Part shown: positions 11,308 through 17,864 of the stretch, piece by piece | How the letters are laid out: each line of letters opens with the position of its first letter | How positions within the stretch are numbered: the stretch's first letter is position 1 | NCBI GenBank assembly: GCA_039714075.1 | Contig: JBDLKA010000078.1 | Span: 1-17,864, forward strand | Length of the DNA stretch: 17,864 nucleotides | Source: Candidatus Krumholzibacteriota bacterium | GTDB taxonomy: Bacteria; Krumholzibacteriota; Krumholzibacteriia; LZORAL124-64-63 | Direction: 5' to 3' | Made by a program: the position numbers and the translations under genes | Notes under the pieces: generated by a model | Databases searched by the model: none | Told to the model about the DNA's origin: nothing | Seen by the model: the letters and a program-made list of their open reading frames with translations, nothing else

Positions 11308-12363
11308 CTAGAGGAGATCGCCCTGGCGGGGCGACGCGTCGGAAGAGGTTTCACCGTTACGGGCGGCAGGCGCCTCGAGGCCCAGGTGCGTCCAGGCGCC
11401 GGCTGTGACTTCGCGTCCCCGGGGCGTGCGCTTCAACAACCCGGACTGGATCAGGAAGGGCTCCACCATGTCCTCCAGGGTGTCGGCCTCCTCACCCAGG
11501 CTGACGGACATGTTCTGGATCCCCACCGGCCCGCCGCCGAAATGGTCGATGATCAATTTCAGGTAACGACGATCCAGGGGTTCGAGTCCCAGGGCATCGA
11601 CCCCCAGGCGCGTCAGGCCCGAATCGGCGGCGGCCTTGTCGATCATGTCGTGGCCGTCGACCTGGGCGTAATCGCGCACCCGGCGCAGCAGCCGGTTGGC
11701 CGCCCGCGGGGTGCCCCGGCTGCGGCGGGCGATTTCCAGGGCGCCGTCGGGCTGGATGCCGATCCCCAGGATGCCCGCGCTGCGGGTCACGATGATCGCC
11801 AGTTCCTCCGGAGGGTAGAAATCCAGGTGGCAGACGATTCCGAAACGGCTCCGCATGGCCGGCGTGATCAACCCCGCGCGGGTGGTGGCCCCGATCAGGG
11901 TGAAGGGTTCCAGCTGGAGATTGAAGTGCCGGGCGTTGGGACCCTTGTCGATGATCAGCTCGACCCGCCAATCCTCCATGGCCGGGTAGAGGTGTTCCTC
12001 GATGACGCGCCCCAGCCGGTGGATCTCGTCGATGAAAATGGCCCGGCGGTCGGTCTGTTCACTGAGCAGGGCGATCAATTCGGCGCTGTTGGTGAAGGCC
12101 GGTCCGCTGGTCAGCCTGATTTCGAGATCCATTTCGGCGGCCAGGATCTGCGACAGGGTGGTCTTGCCCAGGCCGGGAGGGCCGTGCAGCAGGACATGGT
12201 CCAGGACCTCGCCCCGTTGCCGGGCGGCCTGGATGAAGACCCGGAGATTCTCCTTGATCTTCTCCTGCCCCACGAAATCGGCGAGGGTCCGCGGTCTCAG
12301 GTTGAGATCCAGATCACCATCGGCTGCCTGTTCGGCGGGGTCGGTCCACCGTTGCTCGTTCAC
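11308..12363 (-). CDS. ruvB: Holliday junction branch migration helicase RuvB
   Basis: LRPRTLADFVGQ, Walker A GPPGLGKTT, FIDEIHRL, GATTRAG, RGTPR, EPFLIQ...RTPRGR. Confidence 0.98.
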   Translation of the reverse strand: MNEQRWTDPAEQAADGDLDLNLRPRTLADFVGQEKIKENLRVFIQAARQRGEVLDHVLLHGPPGLGKTTLSQILAAEMDLEIRLTSGPAFTNSAELIALLSEQTDRRAIFIDEIHRLGRVIEEHLYPAMEDWRVELIIDKGPNARHFNLQLEPFTLIGATTRAGLITPAMRSRFGIVCHLDFYPPEELAIIVTRSAGILGIGIQPDGALEIARRSRGTPRAANRLLRRVRDYAQVDGHDMIDKAAADSGLTRLGVDALGLEPLDRRYLKLIIDHFGGGPVGIQNMSVSLGEEADTLEDMVEPFLIQSGLLKRTPRGREVTAGAWTHLGLEAPAARNGETSSDASPRQGDLL

Positions 12364-12384
12364 GCCATCCCTTTCCTTTGACCG

Positions 12385-12984
12385 CTACAGGTTCTGCAGG
12401 GCCGCCTTGACCCACCGTTCCAGGTCCCGGTCGATCTGATCGTCGACTTGACGGGCCCGCAGCAGGGCCTGTTCGGCGCGGGCCGGAGCCAGCCCCATGG
12501 CCCCCATGGCCGCCAGCGCCTGCCTCATGCCGTCGGGCGCCCCACCGGCGGAAATTCCGGCGGGACCCTCGCCAAGGTCGGCCTCGGGCACTCTCTGCCC
12601 CAGTTCGACCACCAGCCGGGCCGCGCTCTTTTTCCCGATTCCGGGCAATCGGGTCAGCGACTTTTCATCGCCGGTGCGCAGGTAGGAGGCGATGTCACGG
12701 CCCGAAGCCCGTGACAACATGCCCAGGGCCACCTTGGGTCCCACCCCCGAAACCGATATCAGCAGACGGAACATGGACCGTTCCTCGGCTTCCACGAATC
12801 CGTACAGGGACCAGTTGTCCTCGCGGACCGCCAGGTGGGTCCACAGGCGCACCGGCTCCCCCGGCGCGGGCAGTTGTTCCGCCGAAAGAGAGGAAAGCTG
12901 GACATCCAGCCCGATACCTCCGCCCACCGAGACCACGGCTTCGGTCCCTCCGGTTACCAGCGTGCCTTCCAGAAACGCGATCAT
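12385..12984 (-). CDS. ruvA: Holliday junction DNA-binding subunit RuvA
   Basis: MIAFLEG, VREDNWSLYGF, HhH motifs VSGVGPKVAL and LPGIGKKSAARLVVEL. Start set at ATG 12984. Confidence 0.97.
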   Translation of the reverse strand: MIAFLEGTLVTGGTEAVVSVGGGIGLDVQLSSLSAEQLPAPGEPVRLWTHLAVREDNWSLYGFVEAEERSMFRLLISVSGVGPKVALGMLSRASGRDIASYLRTGDEKSLTRLPGIGKKSAARLVVELGQRVPEADLGEGPAGISAGGAPDGMRQALAAMGAMGLAPARAEQALLRARQVDDQIDRDLERWVKAALQNL

Positions 12985-13065
12985 CGTCCACTCTCTCGCC
13001 GAAGAAGGTCGGGCCGGCCACCGGCCCGCTATCCGGTCCCGCCCATTATCCAATAGAAGTCGGGA

Positions 13066-13545
13066 TCAGGCCAGCCCCGAGAATCGCGACCGTCCCGCGT
13101 GGGCCAGGGCGGCCGCCAGGGCGTCGCTCTGATCCAGGGGTGGGGATTCCTTGAGGCAGAGCAACCGCATGACCATGAAGCGGACCTGTTCCTTGGCGGA
13201 AGCCCCGTTGCCGGTCAGGGCCTTCTTGATTTCCCGCGGCGCGTATTCGGCCACCGCCAGGCCCGCCGACGCGCCCGCCAGCAGAATCACGCCCCGGGCA
13301 TGGCCCAGAATCAGGGAGCTCCGGGCGTTCTTGGCGTTGAACAGGTCCTCGACGGCCATCTCGGTGGGGTTGAAGCGGTCGATCACGGCGGTCAGTTCGG
13401 TGTGGATGTCGAGCAGGCGTTCGGCCAGCGGTGCGTTCTTGCGCGTCCTGATGACGCCTCCGCCCAACATGCGGGCGACCGGCTCGGTGGTGATCACACC
13501 GTAACCGGTCGCGTGGGATCCCGGATCAACCCCCAGAATGATCAC
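13066..13545 (-). CDS. ruvC: Holliday junction resolvase RuvC
   Basis: IILGVDPGS, AVED, LGHARGV, IKKALTGNG, KEQV, DQSDALA. Acidic catalytic residues retained. Confidence 0.98.
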   Translation of the reverse strand: MIILGVDPGSHATGYGVITTEPVARMLGGGVIRTRKNAPLAERLLDIHTELTAVIDRFNPTEMAVEDLFNAKNARSSLILGHARGVILLAGASAGLAVAEYAPREIKKALTGNGASAKEQVRFMVMRLLCLKESPPLDQSDALAAALAHAGRSRFSGLA

Positions 13546-13561
13546 TGGAGGTCTCCCGCGG

Positions 13562-14317
13562 TCAAAGCTTGTCCTCGATCTCGGCCATCACCTCGTCGGA
13601 GATGTCGAAATTGGCCGATACCTGGGACACGTCGTCGAGGTCGTCCATGTTGGTGATGAGTTTCATCAGCGTCAGGGCGTCGGATCTTTCCACGGTGATG
13701 GAGGTGCTGGGCACCTGCACCAGTTCGGTGGAGTTCACCGGCAGTCCCGCCTCGTCCAGGGCCGCGCTCACGGCGTTGAGATCCTCCATGGCGGTGGTCA
13801 CCGAAATGATGCCGCCATCCTCTTCGACGTCTTCGGCGCCGGCCTCGATGGCCGCGTCCATGGCCGCCTCCAGATCGCAGCGCTCGCCGTCCAGGACCAC
13901 CATGCCCTTGCGCTCGAAGAGATAGGACACGCAACCGTGGGCCCCCAGGTTGCCGTTGAACTTGGTGAACACGTGCCGGACTTCCGCCGTGGTGCGGTTC
14001 TTGTTGTCCGTCTGGCATTCGACCAGGATGGCCACCCCGCCGGGACCGTAGCCCTCGTAGTTGATCTCCTCGATGACCATGCCCTCGATCTCACCGGTGC
14101 CGCGTTTGACGGCCTTGGTGATGGTGTCGTTGGGCATGTTCGAACCACGAGCCGTGAGCATGGCCGCTCGCAACCGCGGGTTGGACTCGGGATCACCGCC
14201 GCCCTGGCGGGCGGCGACGGTGATCTCACGAATGAGCCGGGTGAATATCTTGGCCCGTTTGGCGTCCTGTGCGCCCTTCCGGTGCTTGATGTTCGCCCAT
14301 TTTGAATGTCCTGCCAT
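13562..14317 (-). CDS. yebC: YebC/PmpR/TACO1 family protein
   Basis: MAGHSKWANIKHRKG, NPRLR, YEGYGPGGVA, TDNKNRT, DDVSQVSAN. yebC-ruvC synteny. Confidence 0.98.
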   Translation of the reverse strand: MAGHSKWANIKHRKGAQDAKRAKIFTRLIREITVAARQGGGDPESNPRLRAAMLTARGSNMPNDTITKAVKRGTGEIEGMVIEEINYEGYGPGGVAILVECQTDNKNRTTAEVRHVFTKFNGNLGAHGCVSYLFERKGMVVLDGERCDLEAAMDAAIEAGAEDVEEDGGIISVTTAMEDLNAVSAALDEAGLPVNSTELVQVPSTSITVERSDALTLMKLITNMDDLDDVSQVSANFDISDEVMAEIEDKL

Positions 14318-14326
14318 GGTCCCTCC

Positions 14327-16420
14327 CTATTCCTCGGCCGTCTGGGTCTTCCTGAAGTCATCGACCAGGCGCTTCTGCACGTCACCCGGCACCTCGGCGT
14401 AATGCGAGAATTCCATGGTGAAGATGCCCGTCCCCTGGGTGAACGACCGCAGGGACGTGGCGTACTGGTACAGCTCGTCCTCGGGGATGTTGGCGATGAT
14501 GACCTGGTAGGGGCCGTCGGCATCGGTCCCCTGCAGGGCGCCGCGCCTGGTGGAGACATCGCCCATCACATCACCCATGTAGGTCTGGGGCACGACGATC
14601 TTCACCTGCATGATCGGTTCGAGAATGACGGGCCGCAACTTGTCCGCTTCCTCCTCGATGGCGCCCTTGAGGGCTTTCCGGGCGGCCATCTTGAAGGCGG
14701 CTTCGCTCGAGTCCACGTTGTGGAAGGAACCGAAGAACAGGGCGCACTTCACGTCGACCATTTCATAACCGGCCACCAGACCCTCGAGCAGGGTTTCCCG
14801 GCAACCCTTTTCCACCGCGGGGATGAACTTGCCGGGTACCACTCCGCCGACGATCTCGTCGGCGAACTCGAAGCCCTCGCCCCGCTCCTTGGGCTCCATC
14901 CGGATATGGACGTCGCCGAACTGGCCGCGGCCGCCGCTTTGCTTCTTGTGCCGGCCCTGCTTCTCGGCGGTGCCCCGGATGGTTTCCTTGAAATTGATGC
15001 GGGGGCGCTTGCGCACTACCCCCACCCCCGTCTGCTTCTTGAGCTTGTCCAGGATGAAGGCGGTGTGGATCTCGCCCTGGGTGGCCAGCAGCGTCTGCGC
15101 CAGGTGGGGCTGGTGGATCAGCTGGAAGGTCGGATCCTCTTCGCGGATCTTGTTCAGGCCGGCGGCCATCTTGTCCTCATCACCGCTGACGGCGGGGCTG
15201 ATGGCGTCGGCGCTGGTGGGCACCGGGTAGGTGATCGGCAGGAACGAGAAATCGACCCCCGAGGTCAGGGAGTCGCCGGTCTGCGTATTTTTCAGCTTCG
15301 CGGCCAGGACGATGTCGCCGGGCCCCGCCACGTCGATCTTGTCCTTGGCCTTCCCCACGGCCAGGCTCAATTGTCCGATGCGCTCGCTGGTCCGGCCGTC
15401 GGTGCCCGTCAGGGTGTCCCCCGACTTCAGGCTGCCGCTGAAAACACGCAGCCAGGTGACGTCGCCGCCCTGCGCTTCGTACTGCCGCTTGAAGGCCAGC
15501 GCGACCACCGGGCCGTCGGCACCGGGAGTGAAGGAGGCCTCCTCTTCCATTCCGGCCCGCACGCCCTTCATTTCCATGCGCGTACGGGAGAAGCTGCTGG
15601 GGAAAAGGTTGTTCGCCGAACGGAGCAGCGACCGCACCCCGACTTCCTTTTCGGCATCCGAGAAGAAGACGGGATAAACGGTTCCCTCCAGGGTTCCCTT
15701 TTTCAGGCCCAGGATGATGTCCTCTTCACTGAGGGTCAATTCCTCGAGGAACTTTTCGGTCAGGTCGTCGTCCGCGCTGGCGGCGGCGTCCATCAGCATC
15801 TCACGGGCTTCCTCGACCGCGTCGTTCATGTCGGCAGGGATGTCGATCTCGACGGATTCCTCACCGGTCGACTTGTAGGCTTTCATGGTCACCAGGTCGA
15901 TCACGCCCTCGAAACTTTCCCCGTTGCCGATGGGCAGCTGCAGCGGCGCCGCGCCGGCGACCCGCTCCTTCAGACCGTTCATCACGCCCCGCCAGTCGGC
16001 GTGCTCCTTGTGCATCCGGTTGACCACGATGAAGGTGGGCAGCTCGGTGGAACGGACCAGGTTCCAGAGGTTTTCCGAGGCCACCTCGAAACCGCCGTCG
16101 GCCTTGACGACGAACATGACGCCCTCGACCACCTTCATGCCCGCGTGGACGTCGCCCCGGAAATCATCCACCCCGGGCGTGTCGAGGATGTTGATCTTGT
16201 TGCCCTCGAACTCCGTCCAGGCCATGCTCGCGGAGACGGTCTGCTTCCGTTCGATCTCCTCGTCGAAGTAATCGAACTGCGAAGTGCCGTCGTCCACGCT
16301 GCCCTTGCGGCCGACCTTGCCGGTGACGTGAAGCATGGAATCGGCCAGGCTGGTTTTGCCGACGCCGTGGGGGCCGACCAGGGCCACATTGCGGATTTTT
16401 TCCATGGGATAGGTCTTCAA
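14327..16420 (-). CDS. fusA2: Elongation factor G paralog (EF-G2 type) with divergent G domain
   Basis: 697 aa with IRNVALVG, DTPG, KKQSGGRGQFG, HNVDSSE, LEPIM, YATSLRSFTQG. G1 is GPHGVGKTS and G2 is RKQTV, unlike canonical AHIDAGKTT and RGITI. Not in an rpsL-rpsG-fusA-tuf operon. TTG start after GGGAGG. Confidence 0.93.
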   Translation of the reverse strand: MKTYPMEKIRNVALVGPHGVGKTSLADSMLHVTGKVGRKGSVDDGTSQFDYFDEEIERKQTVSASMAWTEFEGNKINILDTPGVDDFRGDVHAGMKVVEGVMFVVKADGGFEVASENLWNLVRSTELPTFIVVNRMHKEHADWRGVMNGLKERVAGAAPLQLPIGNGESFEGVIDLVTMKAYKSTGEESVEIDIPADMNDAVEEAREMLMDAAASADDDLTEKFLEELTLSEEDIILGLKKGTLEGTVYPVFFSDAEKEVGVRSLLRSANNLFPSSFSRTRMEMKGVRAGMEEEASFTPGADGPVVALAFKRQYEAQGGDVTWLRVFSGSLKSGDTLTGTDGRTSERIGQLSLAVGKAKDKIDVAGPGDIVLAAKLKNTQTGDSLTSGVDFSFLPITYPVPTSADAISPAVSGDEDKMAAGLNKIREEDPTFQLIHQPHLAQTLLATQGEIHTAFILDKLKKQTGVGVVRKRPRINFKETIRGTAEKQGRHKKQSGGRGQFGDVHIRMEPKERGEGFEFADEIVGGVVPGKFIPAVEKGCRETLLEGLVAGYEMVDVKCALFFGSFHNVDSSEAAFKMAARKALKGAIEEEADKLRPVILEPIMQVKIVVPQTYMGDVMGDVSTRRGALQGTDADGPYQVIIANIPEDELYQYATSLRSFTQGTGIFTMEFSHYAEVPGDVQKRLVDDFRKTQTAEE

Positions 16421-16534
16421 CGGACATCCTCCCGTTTCGAGGGGGGTCGAATGATTGGAAACAGCTGCCAGGAACCGGAAATCGATCCCGTACCCGGGTA
16501 TCTAACCAAGGACCGGATTTTTTGACGAACGGCA

Positions 16535-16563
16535 ATGGTAATAGCCTGACAAGGTGCTGTCAA
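16535..16563 (-). promoter_or_regulatory. Sigma70 promoter for the fusA2-yebC-ruv cluster
   Basis: Minus strand reads perfect TTGACA (16563-16558), 17 nt, TACCAT (16540-16535). Confidence 0.75.
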
Positions 16564-16598
16564 CAGGGCCCGGGCGGAATCCGGTGCGGGGAAAGTTC

Positions 16599-16627
16599 TG
16601 GACACAAACACCCCGGCACATTACCGT
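16599..16627 (+). promoter_or_regulatory. Putative divergent sigma70 promoter for the outer-membrane protein gene
   Basis: TGGACA (16599-16604), 17 nt, TACCGT (16622-16627). Confidence 0.5.
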
Positions 16628-16638
16628 TATTCGGGTTA

Positions 16639-16652
16639 CGGAACCGGTTCCG
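16639..16652. promoter_or_regulatory. Perfect 14-bp palindrome, candidate operator
   Basis: CGGAACCGGTTCCG equals its own reverse complement and starts 12 bp after the predicted -10 hexamer. Confidence 0.4.
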
Positions 16653-16747
16653 CCGTCCGTCCCTAGCCGTAATTGCCCCACGAAAAAGCCAGCTGTCAGG
16701 CGGTCAGGTGCCCTTTTCAGGTGCCGGCGCTTGGTTGAGGTGACTTG

Positions 16748-17656
16748 ATGAAGCTCAGAACTTTCCTGTCCTTGATTTTGGCCCTGGGTCTATTGTTCAC
16801 CGGTCCGGTCCTGATGGCCCAGGAAGAGACTGAAGAACCTGCCGCCCCCGCTCCATCCGGGGAAACCGCAGAACAGGAAGCGGCTCCCGCCACGGAAGAA
16901 GTCCTGACCTACGATGATTATACGGTCAAGGCCTATACCATCAGCGTATTCGGCGGGGAATTCTCCGGCGCCAAATATCTCGAGAACATGGACCTCGCTC
17001 CCCGCACCGTCCTGTCGCAGAATGCCGGGGACATCCTGGGTTACCTCACCGGTGATCCCGACATCTACGACGGGGATGTCCTTCTCGTTTCCCGGGACAC
17101 CGACCACTACACCGGCGCCCACAAGGAGATCAAATCCGGCCCCGCCTACGGCGGACGGATCGGCATCTACATTTCCGAGGACTTCCACCTGGATATTCTC
17201 GGGACCTTCGCCAGCGGTGAAGCCGTCACCACCATGCGTTTCACCGAAGATCCCGACAACGCCCCCGAAAAATCCCAGCGGGTCGTGGTGGACAGTGACA
17301 CCGGCTTCCAGATGTACAAGGGCGGTCTGGCCCTCATGTACGATGCCAAACCGGCCACTTTCTTCGGTATCGTCCCCCGCCTTGGTTTCGGGCTCGGGGG
17401 AATCATCAACCGCTACAGCGAGCTGGCCGACGTCACCGGCCTGTACCTCGAGGGCAATTTCGGACTCAACTTCGAGCTGTTCGACAACTTCCAGATCGGT
17501 GGGCAGGTCGACCTGACGAACTTTGCCTACGATGTCGAGGAACTAGGGTATTCCAACATGGTCAACTACGTGACCTACAGCGTGGGGCTGACCGTGTTCC
17601 TGGATGTGATCCCCGCCGAGGTCAAGGCCTCCCACATGGCGGAGAAGGACAACTAG
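16748..17656 (+). CDS. Exported protein, probable 8-stranded outer-membrane beta-barrel
   Basis: Signal peptide MKLRTFLSLILALGLLFTGPVLMA, an acidic Pro/Ala linker, then about eight amphipathic strands (YTISVFGG, YGGRIGIY, FHLDILGTF, YKGGLALMY, PRLGFGLGGI, YLEGNFGLNF, FQIGGQVDL, YSVGLTVF). RBS GAGGTGA; start ATG 16748 or TTG 16745. Confidence 0.75.
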   Translation: MKLRTFLSLILALGLLFTGPVLMAQEETEEPAAPAPSGETAEQEAAPATEEVLTYDDYTVKAYTISVFGGEFSGAKYLENMDLAPRTVLSQNAGDILGYLTGDPDIYDGDVLLVSRDTDHYTGAHKEIKSGPAYGGRIGIYISEDFHLDILGTFASGEAVTTMRFTEDPDNAPEKSQRVVVDSDTGFQMYKGGLALMYDAKPATFFGIVPRLGFGLGGIINRYSELADVTGLYLEGNFGLNFELFDNFQIGGQVDLTNFAYDVEELGYSNMVNYVTYSVGLTVFLDVIPAEVKASHMAEKDN

Positions 17657-17683
17657 ACCAGGTACTGAAGACCGCACAAATTG

Positions 17684-17714
17684 AAAAACCGCCGGGGCGA
17701 ACCCCGGCGGTTTT
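17684..17714. terminator. Bidirectional intrinsic terminator
   Basis: AAAAA-CCGCCGGGG-cgaa-CCCCGGCGG-TTTT: 9-bp GC stem with flanking A and T tracts, between convergent genes. Confidence 0.9.
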
Positions 17715-17757
17715 CTGTTCCAGTCCCCGTCAAGGGCCTGAAACCTTCATGCAGCCA

Positions 17758-17862
17758 CTACCTTTTCTTCTTCTTGGCGGCCTTCTTCTTGGTGGCCTTC
17801 CTCTTGGTGGCCTTTTTCTTGGTCGCCTTCTTCTTGGTGGCCTTCTTCTTCTTGGTCTCCTT
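17758..17862 (-). CDS. C-terminal end of a protein with a Lys/Ala/Thr-rich, histone H1-like tail (5' part outside the window)
   Basis: Minus-strand frame reads KETKKKKATKKKATKKKATKRKATKKKAAKKKKR-TAG, with the stop at 17758-17760, just before the terminator. Confidence 0.8.
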   Translation of the reverse strand, partial: KETKKKKATKKKATKKKATKRKATKKKAAKKKKR

Positions 17863-17864
17863 TT

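Noticed and set aside
13066..13545. RuvC as a TnpB, Cas or transposon nuclease
   Set aside because: It is a 159-aa canonical resolvase in the yebC-ruvC-ruvA-ruvB context, with no mobile element features.
14306..16525. 739-aa plus-strand ORF
   Set aside because: Antisense mirror of fusA2 with no domain signature.
16630..16745. Glycine or c-di-GMP riboswitch in the OMP leader
   Set aside because: Only TCAGG fragments match; the other conserved aptamer elements are missing.

Overview
GC-rich bacterial chromosome segment, almost entirely core housekeeping genes. A likely outer-membrane beta-barrel gene suggests a diderm. Sixteen genes lie on the minus strand, in transcription order: fusA2 (EF-G paralog), yebC, ruvC, ruvA, ruvB, queA, tgt, yajC, def, fmt, rsmB, a stand-alone PASTA membrane protein, rpe, a GT-C-like membrane protein, ffh and rpsP (truncated at the left edge and absent from the ORF track). 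A divergent plus-strand gene encodes a probable 8-stranded outer-membrane protein. It ends at a bidirectional intrinsic terminator shared with a convergent, truncated gene carrying a Lys/Ala-rich tail. Four sigma70-like promoters with 17-bp spacers can be read directly. I see no mobile element, CRISPR array, tRNA or rRNA, and no clearly new multi-gene system. The best leads are an EF-G2 with altered catalytic and guanine-recognition motifs, a highly structured ffh leader, a GT-C-like gene coupled to rpe and ending in a 13-bp triple repeat, and two operator-like palindromes in the divergent promoter region. Start codons were chosen by eye from RBS position and family N-termini; no database searches were run.
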